This document shows positions 7,599 through 17,215 of a stretch of DNA of 20,376 nucleotides, piece by piece. The stretch is taken from assembly GCA_008080735.1 (NCBI GenBank), contig SHMW01000078.1:1-20376 (forward strand), given 5' to 3'. The notes under the pieces were generated by a model. That model worked only from the letters and a program-made list of their open reading frames with translations, made no database searches and was not told where the DNA came from. The stretch's first letter is position 1; every line of letters starts with the position of its first letter. This DNA comes from Promethearchaeota archaeon (GTDB lineage Archaea > Asgardarchaeota > Lokiarchaeia > Sigyniarchaeales > SOKP01). The translations under genes were made by a program, and so were the position numbers.

Positions 7599-7739
7599 CT
7601 AGTCTTCAATTTTTTCAAATTGATCTTTCGGAGCTCCGCACACCGGACATACCCAGTCATCTGGCAATTCTTCAAAAGGAGTACCCTCCTCTTCCTCATC
7701 ATATACGTAGCCACAAACAAGACATTCCCATTTCGCCAT
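7599..7739 (-). CDS. rubredoxin (46 aa), not in ORF track
   Basis: Manual translation gives [46 protein letters not shown], with CxxCGYxY and LPDDWxCPxCG. GGTGA SD upstream. Confidence 0.97.
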   Translation of the reverse strand: MAKWECLVCGYVYDEEEEGTPFEELPDDWVCPVCGAPKDQFEKIED

Positions 7740-7850
7740 AGTTATTCACCAAATAAGGTTTAGATATTAAAAGAATGGATGATTTTTTAAGACTATCAAA
7801 TTTTAATGATATATTAATTAATCTAATCAGCTGAATCACAGTTTATAGAG

Positions 7851-8891
7851 ATGAAAGTTGCAAAATATTATAATAATAAAGATATTAGAACCGCAGAAAT
7901 TCCAAAACCTTCGATAAGTGATGATGAGTTTTTAGTTCGGGTAAAAAAATCAGGTATTTGCGGTTCAGATGTATTGGAATATTATCGTTTATCAAAGATG
8001 GAACGATTAGGAGTCGATTCATTGATTTTAGGGCATGAAATAGCAGGTGATATCGTAGAAGTTGGGGAAAAAGTTAAAAATTATCATGTAGGCGATAGGG
8101 TTTTTGTATCTCATCATGTACCTTGTTTTGAATGTCATTATTGCGAACAAGGGCATCACACAGCATGTCATTTACTACATTCAACCAATTTTGATCCAGG
8201 TGGGTTCGCTGAATATGTAAGGATTCCAAATATCAATATTGAAAAACAAGGGGTCTATGTACTTGATGATGAAATGTCGTATGAGGATGGAGCTTTTATC
8301 GAACCCTTGGGGTGCGTTTGTAGAGCTCAAAGATTAGCAGATATTCACAAAGGACAATCACTTCTTATCCTTGGGAGTGGGGTCTCTGGACTGCTTCATC
8401 TAAAGCTAGCAAAGGCAAAGGGAGTAGAGCGAATTTTTACCACTGATATAAGTAAATATCGTCTTGATAAGGCACTTGAATTCGGTGCTGAGGCGGTATT
8501 AAACGCTACAGAAAATATTTCAGAGCAGGTCAAGCAACTCAATGATGGGAGATTGCCAGACGTGATTTTAGTATGTACAGGTGCGTTATCTGCTGCGAAA
8601 CAAGCTTTAGAATGTGTGGGTCCGGGAAGCACAATCGTATTTTTTGCAGTCCCAAAACCAGGGATTAATCTCGAAATTCCAATAAATGATTATTGGAGAA
8701 ATGAGGTAAAACTAATGACTTCATATGGCGCTGCCCCACCTGATTTGGACGAATCCTTTGAATGGATTAAATCTAAAAAAATTAATCTCACGGAACTAAT
8801 CACCCATCGATTTCCGTTAGAGCAAGCACAAGAGGCATTTCGAACGGTCTGTGACGCAGACGAATCTCTCAAGGTACTTTTAGAACCGTAA
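7851..8891 (+). CDS. Zn-dependent medium-chain dehydrogenase (sorbitol/L-iditol 2-dehydrogenase-like)
   Basis: GICGSD, LGHEIAG, structural Zn CFECHYC...C and Rossmann GSGVSG. Confidence 0.92.
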   Translation: MKVAKYYNNKDIRTAEIPKPSISDDEFLVRVKKSGICGSDVLEYYRLSKMERLGVDSLILGHEIAGDIVEVGEKVKNYHVGDRVFVSHHVPCFECHYCEQGHHTACHLLHSTNFDPGGFAEYVRIPNINIEKQGVYVLDDEMSYEDGAFIEPLGCVCRAQRLADIHKGQSLLILGSGVSGLLHLKLAKAKGVERIFTTDISKYRLDKALEFGAEAVLNATENISEQVKQLNDGRLPDVILVCTGALSAAKQALECVGPGSTIVFFAVPKPGINLEIPINDYWRNEVKLMTSYGAAPPDLDESFEWIKSKKINLTELITHRFPLEQAQEAFRTVCDADESLKVLLEP

Positions 8892-8931
8892 ACAATATGA
8901 ATCGAATATATTTAATCGAAATCCACTAGTA

Positions 8932-9885
8932 TCATCTATTGAGATGGAGTAAGTGGTTTTTAATAATCCAATACTCCCAAAAAGTATAGATTTCTTTTAA
9001 AAATCCTTCCATTTTCTTTTTAGGGAAGAAAAGATCTTTTTTTAATAGTTTGTCGATTTTTTCTTCTAATTTGAACTCAGGATCTTGACTTTCTAACCCA
9101 TAACGAATTTTTGCTTCATTTTCTCTAAACTTTTTTGTCATATAGTTAAAAGGTGTCATCTCTGGCTTTCTAACAATATAGCCATGGCTTGATGTCAGAA
9201 ACTCGACGTTTTTTCGATAAATCTTCTCGACAATCTCAATATCGCGTTTATAGCGATCAATAGAACATTGCTTAAAGCCATACCACGGACCAAACCCGTC
9301 CCGTTCAGGGCTGGAGATGTCAAACCCAAGACAGCTTATATGAAGAATCTTTTCCTTTTGGAGCAGAAAACCCACATGAGAGATAGAATGCCCTGTCAAT
9401 GCTATCGTCTTTACTTCTAAATTTCCTAATTTCAAAATTTCACCAGGGATAAAATGGGATACATGTTCGCAAGGGATATAACCATTGATTTGCCCGAATT
9501 GTTGAATTGATGAAAATTTAACCCCTTCCTCGAATTCATAACAATTATAGAAATTTTTTAGTTCGAGTAAATTTTTTGCCTCAGCTTGAGGAGCAAGAAT
9601 TTGAGCACCCTGTTGTTCCCATGCGTGTACATGGGCGATATGATCCATATGTCCATGAGAGTTTATATAATGAGAAATATTTCCAAATAGTTTCACAAGT
9701 GCGTCAACAAATTTCGGTTCGATGTTTAGATCCAATACAATTAATTTATCGTTCCTTCCCTCTTTTGGCAAGACAATTAGCCCATCAGAGCATGAGAAGT
9801 AAAAGGGAGGTGTTGTTTGTTTCACCAAAAGAACCCCATCTGCTACCTCTTCAATTTTTAATCCATCTATTTTTCTTTTGGACAT
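8932..9885 (-). CDS. metallo-beta-lactamase fold hydrolase
   Basis: SHGHMDH, GHSISH and SSHG motifs. The ATG at 9885 is preferred over the TTG at 9897. Confidence 0.88.
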   Translation of the reverse strand: MSKRKIDGLKIEEVADGVLLVKQTTPPFYFSCSDGLIVLPKEGRNDKLIVLDLNIEPKFVDALVKLFGNISHYINSHGHMDHIAHVHAWEQQGAQILAPQAEAKNLLELKNFYNCYEFEEGVKFSSIQQFGQINGYIPCEHVSHFIPGEILKLGNLEVKTIALTGHSISHVGFLLQKEKILHISCLGFDISSPERDGFGPWYGFKQCSIDRYKRDIEIVEKIYRKNVEFLTSSHGYIVRKPEMTPFNYMTKKFRENEAKIRYGLESQDPEFKLEEKIDKLLKKDLFFPKKKMEGFLKEIYTFWEYWIIKNHLLHLNR

Positions 9886-9983
9886 TTTCTCAACCAAAAG
9901 GAATATTATAATGGTAGGAATAATAAAGCCTAAAAGAAAGATTTAACCTTTAGAAAAAGAGATAAATAAAAATTAGTAAAAAT

Positions 9984-10790
9984 TTAAAGACCCTTTGGTC
10001 CATTTTCGTAGATTTCATATGCCTCGTTAACAGAAGCATTTTCATGTACAATCGCGCCAACTGCTGTGATCATCCCTATGGGGCTGTCGCTGAGAAATAT
10101 GTTTCTGCCCATGTCGACTCCGACGGCTCCCTTATCTATAGCATTCTTAGCCATTTGTAATGCATCTCGTTCTGGGATTTTTTTACCTCCCGCTATGACA
10201 ATTGGAACAGGACAAATACCGGTTACGTCTTCAAAATCATCACAATAATAAGTTTTTACAAAGTGAGCGCCCATTTCTGCGGCTAATCTGCTCGCCATCC
10301 CTAAATATCGAGCATCGCGAGCCATTTCTCTTCCGACTGCGGTGACGGCTAATACAGGAATTCCATAATCTTGTCCCCAATTCACGAGTTTGGATAAGTT
10401 CATGATAGTTTGTTTTTCGTATTCGCCCCCTACAAAGATTGAACATGTAATTGCTGACACATTTAATCTAATCGCATCTTCGATGGTCACATTGATTTCT
10501 TCATTGGACAATTCCTTCATCATGCTAGATCCAGCAGATACTCGCAATACTATGGGTTTATCAATTTCGGCAGCCACACAAGATCTTAGCATCCCTCTGG
10601 TAAGCATTAAGGCGTCTGCATGGTCAAATAAGGGATTTAAGTCGGTGAAGCATTTAAGTTGCCCGGGAATATTCCCAAAATACCCGTGATCCATCGCGAG
10701 CATAACACAGTGTCCAGTTTTGGGGTTGATAATCCGAGATAATCGATTCTTCATTCCCCAACCCATTTGAATATTTTGCATATTTTTCAC
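9984..10790 (-). CDS. lsrF: LsrF-like thiolase / class I aldolase (DhnA/FbaB superfamily)
   Basis: WGMKNRLSRI, MLAMDHGYF, RDARYL, GAHFVKTYYC (catalytic Lys), VIAGGKK and GVDMGRNIF. The exact start is uncertain. Confidence 0.88.
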   Translation of the reverse strand: MKNMQNIQMGWGMKNRLSRIINPKTGHCVMLAMDHGYFGNIPGQLKCFTDLNPLFDHADALMLTRGMLRSCVAAEIDKPIVLRVSAGSSMMKELSNEEINVTIEDAIRLNVSAITCSIFVGGEYEKQTIMNLSKLVNWGQDYGIPVLAVTAVGREMARDARYLGMASRLAAEMGAHFVKTYYCDDFEDVTGICPVPIVIAGGKKIPERDALQMAKNAIDKGAVGVDMGRNIFLSDSPIGMITAVGAIVHENASVNEAYEIYENGPKGL

Positions 10791-11011
10791 TTCTCTTCTT
10801 TTGTGTATATTGTATTTTATATGGTAAGCTATTTAATTTTTAAATTGTTTTAAATTTTATAGTTTGTTGGTATACGACCTCACAGAGAAGAATACACAAT
10901 AAAATATGTATCTTTAGAGAGATAACCTATCCTTTAGATTACGAGAAATTATTCAAAGGAGAAATCAGAATATATTCTCCTATTAGATTACTCTTCAGAA
11001 AAATTTAAAGA

Positions 11012-11866
11012 TTATAAGAAGTTTAAGAACTCTTGGACCTTATTTTTAATTTTCGCCGCTAAATCTTCTGAAATGTTCATTTTGATAAACTTTCGTATCA
11101 AATTCAAGCGTGCTTTTGACATTTTAGGTGCTTTTAAATCTTTTGCTATTACTTCAATTAGTTCTGTATCATAAATCTCCTTCGTATCCTCTAGAATTTT
11201 GACCGAATGTTCCACTTCTTTGAGTAAATTATTGATATCTTGTTTTAAGAGAACTCTTTGCTCTTCTTCATCTATGATTTCCAAGGCTTTCTTCACTATA
11301 GTCTCCTCAAACTCCATTTTTTCTTCCCATGGCGTTTGAAGGATATTGTTGTGCGCGTCAATCAAAAGGGCGTTGTTCTTCAATTTTATATCATCATATT
11401 TTTTCTCCTCGATAAACTGGATTTCGGGAGAATCGCTGTATGTATTCGAAGTAATAGTGTCAAAAAATTCATTGAGTTGCGTTTCAAGCCCATCTTGTGG
11501 ATCATCCCTAATAATATATCCAGAATAGCCGAACAATTTTGCGTGAATTAGATTGAAAACCCCATATAATCCAAATGTGTTAATGAGTCTTTTTAATCCA
11601 ATTTTACCTTCAATAGGAGCTTTGGCTTTTTCGGGCTGTGTTTTCATGAGAATATCGATTTTTTCATAGCCCCGTATCAAGCCCTTAGGGTCTAGGAAGA
11701 CGATGAATTGATGATCCGGACATACCGCTCCTGGAGGGACTTGTATTTTAATGCTTCCAAATTTCTTTTGGGCAAATACTTTCTCTGGAACTGCGATCTC
11801 CTTTTCAGTTTGACAAATAGGACATGTTAGCTTTATATTTCGAACTTTATTTTCTCCTTCTGACAT
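11012..11866 (-). CDS. hypothetical protein with N-terminal putative Zn-binding module and alpha/beta plus helical C-terminal region
   Basis: CPIC...VCPDH...IRGYEKIDI. GGTGA SD upstream of the ATG. Confidence 0.85.
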   Translation of the reverse strand: MSEGENKVRNIKLTCPICQTEKEIAVPEKVFAQKKFGSIKIQVPPGAVCPDHQFIVFLDPKGLIRGYEKIDILMKTQPEKAKAPIEGKIGLKRLINTFGLYGVFNLIHAKLFGYSGYIIRDDPQDGLETQLNEFFDTITSNTYSDSPEIQFIEEKKYDDIKLKNNALLIDAHNNILQTPWEEKMEFEETIVKKALEIIDEEEQRVLLKQDINNLLKEVEHSVKILEDTKEIYDTELIEVIAKDLKAPKMSKARLNLIRKFIKMNISEDLAAKIKNKVQEFLNFL

Positions 11867-12065
11867 TGTTCACCAACAAGTGATTCTTTCTTTTATGTTT
11901 AGTTTCTTATTATAATTAATCTCAAATTGCACATAAAAATTTTAGTATGTTTATGAGATTATTTTAAGGTTATATATTGATAATCAGTTTAAAAATTTCT
12001 AAAAGATGGAAATTATCAATAACTTATAGTTTTAGATTATCAATAAGAAACAGCAGCAATATGGA

Positions 12066-12257
12066 CTATTCTTTTTCAACTAATTCTTGTCCACATTTAG
12101 GACAGAGATAAGCACTTGAAGTAGGAGGGTCGTATAATATTAATTTACCTTTTTTCTTAATCTTTTCTTCCCATTCCTCAATTTCCTCATCCATACCAGC
12201 TAGGCTACCTTCTCCGACGATGATAACTTCTTTGCCACAATTTTCACAATATAGCAT
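12066..12257 (-). CDS. small zinc-ribbon-like protein
   Basis: YCENCG...YLCPKCG: two CxxC knuckles separated by a long charged insert. Confidence 0.75.
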   Translation of the reverse strand: MLYCENCGKEVIIVGEGSLAGMDEEIEEWEEKIKKKGKLILYDPPTSSAYLCPKCGQELVEKE

Positions 12258-12459
12258 GATCTGACTTACATATATACAACATCTAATAAATCCTTTTTCA
12301 CCTTAAAATATGAGTTTATCTTATTTTCACATCAAAGAACTATTTTTCTTCAAATTAACTAATATCAGTCCAAGTTATTCTATGGTAATTCCTAAACTTA
12401 CTATTGGAAAAAAAGTCTTTTCCGATAAAAGAATAAAAAAAAAGATGTAAATATGATTT

Positions 12460-12960
12460 TTATCTCTCGTTTAGTATTGATATAATTCCTATTATCAATG
12501 GGAGGATTCCTCCAATTAAAACGAAGAGGATTCCAATTGGAATGGCTGAATTAAGCCAGCTATCGGTTAGGGCAATGTTACTTGTAATCCAATAAGCGAT
12601 CGATAATAAGGTAATAAATAGACCTCCGACGACCCAAGTATAATATGTTTTACCTAAATTATCTTTTTTTGCATTCCAACCAATAATGATATAAAGTGTG
12701 CTAAATATTGAAATTAGGATTGTTAGGAAAAAGCCCATAAAATGCATAGTATTATAAATACCTTCGAGACCTTCGCCACCTAAACTAAACAAAATATCAT
12801 CGTTAATATCAAGAATTAGGCTATGAATCCATATTAAATATGGATCTCCATCAAATTGTCTTGTACCAAAAAACCCAGGCAATGCCAACCCTAAAACTAA
12901 AAACACGACGCTTAAAAAACTTATAATCCAGTAATATTTCTTGAATTTCTCTAAATTCAT
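12460..12960 (-). CDS. four-TM membrane protein of unknown function
   Basis: Four hydrophobic segments with a longer loop after TM1. Confidence 0.78.
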   Translation of the reverse strand: MNLEKFKKYYWIISFLSVVFLVLGLALPGFFGTRQFDGDPYLIWIHSLILDINDDILFSLGGEGLEGIYNTMHFMGFFLTILISIFSTLYIIIGWNAKKDNLGKTYYTWVVGGLFITLLSIAYWITSNIALTDSWLNSAIPIGILFVLIGGILPLIIGIISILNER

Positions 12961-13081
12961 TTTTATTTACCCCATGAATCGATATTTTAACTAATTTTCA
13001 TTAGTTAATAACTATTAAACTCAATCATATAAAAAGCTTTATACAAAATCATATGTGAATGATCAAGCGATTTAGTAATGA

Positions 13082-14008
13082 CTAAGAGAACAAATTTTTC
13101 AACCATAAAATTATTGAATCCAGAGTTTCATCAATGTGTTCTTGAAAAATTAAATGCGACCCATTTTCAATTATCTCTAATTTCTTTGGCTCACATGTCA
13201 GTCGCTCGTATATTTCTTTCATATAATCAACAGAAAACAGATTATCATTATCTCCGTTGATTATCATTATAGGTATCTCTATATCCTCAACTGGTCTCGC
13301 CAAAGGCGCTTTTAATTGTGTTGTGAGCGCTGTAAGGCTGTATTTCTCCGTGAAAAATTCATCCTCTAGTAAATATTCGACACTTTCGAGAACGTTCTGA
13401 TCTTTTGCTAATTGTTTAAAATCTAAGTAAATAAATACACTTAAATGTAGTTTTGGAAGGACTCTTGCTAAGATGGGCACAGCTGGGAGTAATAGTCTCA
13501 AAATTCCTTTAATATTAATAATTTTTTTATAAGCTTTCTCATCAAATATAGCTGCATTATGACATACCGCACCACTTAGTCTTGGATCGTTTGCAGCACA
13601 ATAAAACGCGGTAATTCCTCCCAAACTCGACCCCATCACCACAATTTTATTTCCGAATCTCTCTCTGATATAAGATGTAAGGTCATAAATGATTCTGGTA
13701 AATATTTCCATGGTAAAATGCCCGCGAGATCCAGCACTTAACCCGTGCCCAATTAAATCTGGAGCAAAAACACGATATCCTTTCTTATATAGCTTATATA
13801 AAAATTCTGCATAGAATCTACTATAAACGGAAGTACCATGGATAAATATGATATTTTTGTCTGTGGACAGCACCTCTCCGTAGAGATCTATATGAATTTC
13901 TGTATTTTCTGAATTAATATAAATCTCTGCTATCGAATTCTTGATTTCTTGAGGATCTTCAGAAAAGACATAATGAAACCAATAATCATCGAAAGTTTTT
14001 TGCTTCAT
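13082..14008 (-). CDS. alpha/beta hydrolase (lysophospholipase/monoglyceride lipase-like)
   Basis: IHG, DLIGHGLSAG, nucleophile GSSLGG, GDND (Asp) and GSH (His). Confidence 0.9.
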   Translation of the reverse strand: MKQKTFDDYWFHYVFSEDPQEIKNSIAEIYINSENTEIHIDLYGEVLSTDKNIIFIHGTSVYSRFYAEFLYKLYKKGYRVFAPDLIGHGLSAGSRGHFTMEIFTRIIYDLTSYIRERFGNKIVVMGSSLGGITAFYCAANDPRLSGAVCHNAAIFDEKAYKKIINIKGILRLLLPAVPILARVLPKLHLSVFIYLDFKQLAKDQNVLESVEYLLEDEFFTEKYSLTALTTQLKAPLARPVEDIEIPIMIINGDNDNLFSVDYMKEIYERLTCEPKKLEIIENGSHLIFQEHIDETLDSIILWLKNLFS

Positions 14009-14164
14009 ATGTTAAATAATTTGTGCCCTTAACAAAAAAAGATTCGTACACTAAAACACAAATTTCTGATTAAAAAAGACTAAAATTTAAAGTTGAACTC
14101 AAATCTAACATTTAAATACTAAAAAAGAGAAGGTATATATCATATTAAAAGGAGCTAGTTTTAA

Positions 14165-15268
14165 ATGTCAGAAAAAATTTGGTATAAAGCAGCCAAAATA
14201 ATTGTAAGGGGGAGCGGAAACCCCTTATTTCAAGCAAACGACACTCTCGTAGAGCTATTACAAACATTATTAAATAAAGAGGAAGCGGAGTTTATTCTCA
14301 ATTTTCGGAAACCCCGTTTAACTTATCGACAACTAAAAGAAAAGACAGGGATGGAAGATGCCAAATTAAAGGAAATTCTCAATTCATTAATGGATAATGG
14401 ATTTGTTATGGATTGGCCCATCAAGGATTCAGATGAGATGGAATATAGATTATTGCCGCCTGTCGCAGATACTTTTGAATATTCACTTGTCAGATTTGAT
14501 CGACCTTATGAGCAGAAGAAGAAATTAGCAGAAATTTACAATAAAATGTTTGAAGAAGCAAATGAAATGACCCAAACAAATTATGGAGGACTGATGCCTA
14601 TTTTCAAAGATCAAATGCCTATTTTCGCAAGAATTATTCCAATAGAAAAAGAAATTCCTGTCCCTAAAGAAAAGGTTTTACCTTTACATGAAGCGTCAAA
14701 AATAATAGACCAACAAGAGATAATATCTCTTTCTGAATGCCCTTGCAAACTTCAGAAAGGTCTTATGGGAGAATCATGCCAAATCGCGAGTGATATCAAT
14801 CGCTGCATCCATTTTGGAAATATTGGTAGATATTTTATTGAACATAATCTTGGAAAGCAAATCACTCGAGAAAAGGCGAAACAAGTTTTAAAGGAAGCTG
14901 AAGCGGAGGGGCTTGTTCATAAAACATTTCACGACGATTTCGATCTGAATGAGAAAGAAAATGCGATTTGTAATTGCTGTAAAGATTGTTGTATTTTATT
15001 CCAGAGCTATTATCGTGGAATATTTCCATTTCACACTCTCACATCCTATATCACATATTTGGATAAAGATAAATGTAAAGGGTGCGGAACTTGTGTGGAA
15101 AAATGCCCAATTGAAGCTTTATCAATGTTTGAGGGAATTTCAACTCATGACGAAAATAAGTGTATTGGTTGCGGAGTTTGTACCACCCAATGTCCTGAAG
15201 GAGCAAGATCTTTAATTCAAACAGAACAGAGAGAGATCTATCTCCCTCCTCCAAAGATAACCGAGTAA
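14165..15268 (+). CDS. 4Fe-4S binding protein with N-terminal winged-helix-like region and CPC/CNCC..CC Cys cluster
   Basis: C-terminal 2x CxxCxxCxxxCP, and central CPC..C..C and ICNCCKDCC. Confidence 0.88.
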   Translation: MSEKIWYKAAKIIVRGSGNPLFQANDTLVELLQTLLNKEEAEFILNFRKPRLTYRQLKEKTGMEDAKLKEILNSLMDNGFVMDWPIKDSDEMEYRLLPPVADTFEYSLVRFDRPYEQKKKLAEIYNKMFEEANEMTQTNYGGLMPIFKDQMPIFARIIPIEKEIPVPKEKVLPLHEASKIIDQQEIISLSECPCKLQKGLMGESCQIASDINRCIHFGNIGRYFIEHNLGKQITREKAKQVLKEAEAEGLVHKTFHDDFDLNEKENAICNCCKDCCILFQSYYRGIFPFHTLTSYITYLDKDKCKGCGTCVEKCPIEALSMFEGISTHDENKCIGCGVCTTQCPEGARSLIQTEQREIYLPPPKITE

Positions 15269-15424
15269 GAAGTGAAAAATTATTTATTCGATTCTTTTCT
15301 AAGACTCGAAAGTATTTTTTGATAATCTTATTCTTATTTCCAAAATTACTGAAAATATTAAAACACAAATAATAAGCACTAAATTATAAATATCAATAAT
15401 TCTTACAAAAAAAAGTTGGTTTTC

Positions 15425-16318
15425 ATGATAATAAAGGGTATAGATGATGAAAAATGCATAAAATGTCTGGAATGCGTAAAGGATTGCCCCTCCTCTCTGT
15501 TTTATAAACCTCCCACGGAGATCGGAGAGAAAAGAAGGGTGATATTTGAGGATCCTAACGACGGATGTATAGAATGTGGACACTGCGTAGCGATTTGCCC
15601 TACTAGTGCTATTCTTTATGAAGCAGAGGACGAAGCTCTGGAATTTGAGGAGGCTAAAAGCCCGGATAAGATATTGGACTATGAAGACCTTATCAAATTT
15701 ATTCGAGTACGGCGGTCTATTCGAAGATATAAAGATAAAGAAGTGCCAAAGGAGGTTATTGAATCTGTCCTTGACGCAATTCGATATGCCCCTAGTGCGA
15801 GGAATGATAGAGCATGGAAATACATCGTATTAAAAGATGAGGAAAATATCGATAAGATAAGGCAAGCGGTTATTAAAATGCTCGGGTTATTAAAAAAAAT
15901 CGTTGATCATAAGCGATTTTTAAAATACTTTTTGCCCAAAAGTATCAAGCATATGGTCACAGAATCAAGAACAGAAGTGAGTTTGAATAATTTTTTTGAG
16001 GAGGTTGATCAAGGAAAGGATCCCGTGTTCTATGAGGCGCCAGTTCTGCTTATTTCTTATGCTCCCGAACTTAACTCATTGGCTCTTAATGATGCCGGGA
16101 TTGCTCTCACGCACGGAATGTTTGCTGCTCAATCACTTGGTTTGGGAACTTGTTGGATTGGGTATGCTCAAGAAGCCATAAATCGTTATGATGAGCTAAA
16201 AAAAATGTTGGGGATTTCGGATGAGATGAAAATAACAGGGGTGCTAATTCTTGGATATCCCGACTTGAAATTTCATAGAGCTCCACCGCGCGGATCGCTT
16301 GATGTCTATTGGATGTAA
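15425..16318 (+). CDS. nitroreductase family protein with N-terminal 2[4Fe-4S] ferredoxin domain
   Basis: CIKCLECVKDCP and CIECGHCVAICP, plus RRSIRRY, APSARN and GLGTCWIG. The ATG at 15425 is preferred over the TTG at 15416. Confidence 0.93.
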   Translation: MIIKGIDDEKCIKCLECVKDCPSSLFYKPPTEIGEKRRVIFEDPNDGCIECGHCVAICPTSAILYEAEDEALEFEEAKSPDKILDYEDLIKFIRVRRSIRRYKDKEVPKEVIESVLDAIRYAPSARNDRAWKYIVLKDEENIDKIRQAVIKMLGLLKKIVDHKRFLKYFLPKSIKHMVTESRTEVSLNNFFEEVDQGKDPVFYEAPVLLISYAPELNSLALNDAGIALTHGMFAAQSLGLGTCWIGYAQEAINRYDELKKMLGISDEMKITGVLILGYPDLKFHRAPPRGSLDVYWM

Positions 16319-16376
16319 AAATATACTTTTTTTCCCCTAATTATCTTTACTTTTTTTCCACAAAGAATGTTAAGAT

Positions 16377-17215
16377 TTACGTTTCCCCTCCTCCATATAA
16401 AAAGAAATCTTGAATTAATTTCGCACCAGGGACAACAGAGTATTTTTCTAAATTGGAAATCCCATTTTCAATTAATACTTCATCATCAATAAAAAAATTT
16501 CCTGTACATTCTTTACTTGGGCTAGTGAGAATAAAAAAGGCAGCATCTGCTACTATTTCGGGTTTTCGGGAATGTTTAATGGAGGTTTCTCCCCCTAACA
16601 AATTCTTTACCGCTGCAGTTGCGATTGCTGTTCTGGGCCAAAGGGCGTTGACGGCTATTCCATCCTTCTTAAATTCTTCCGACATACCTAGCACACACAT
16701 ACTCATCCCATACTTGGACATAGTATAGGCGACATGGTTTGCAAACCATTTAGGATCAAGATTAAGGGGCGGAGACATATTTAGAATATGCGGATTTTCT
16801 GCTTTTTTAAGATAAGGGATACATACTTTTGAACAAAGGAAGGTGCCCCTCACATTTACAGAAAACATCAAATCAAATCGTTTCATTGAAGTATTTAATG
16901 TGGAACTTAGATTTATGGCACTCGCATCGTTTACCAAAATATCGATTCCACCAAATTCATCGATCGTGTCTTCTACAGCCTTTTCTACTTGGTCCTTAAA
17001 TCGAATATCTGCGATGCAAGGTAATCCTTTTCCACCCACCTTCTCTATATCTTCTACAGAAGAGTACACTGTTCCAGGAAGTTTGGGATGAGGTTCTTTT
17101 GTTTTCGCTACAACAGCAATGTTAGCCCCCTCCCTAGCAGCTCGTAATGCGATTGCTTTCCCGATACCTCTACTTGCACCTGTTATGAAAAGGGTTTTTT
17201 TTTTAGACTAACCAT
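16377..17215 (-). CDS. HSDL2-like short-chain dehydrogenase/reductase; start codon out of frame across an A10 run (frameshifted)
   Basis: The frame upstream of 17069 encodes KKKTLFITGASRGIGKAIALRAAREGANIAVVAKTKEPHPKLPGT, bounded by a TAG at 17210-17208. YTMSK active site and NALWPRTAIAT are present. The ATG at 17215 is in a different frame. Confidence 0.88.

Noticed and set aside
1793-8934. Selenocysteine read-through at the TGA stops of the DHH (1793) and MBL (8932) genes
   Set aside because: Both proteins appear complete at the TGA, neither stop is in a redox-motif context, and I could not identify a SECIS-like hairpin.
10957-10981. Hairpin AGGAGAA-N11-TTCTCCT and repeated TTAGATTAC upstream of lsrF
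   Set aside because: Short stem with a long loop and only two short repeat copies. This is compatible with chance and not supportable as an ncRNA, riboswitch or CRISPR.
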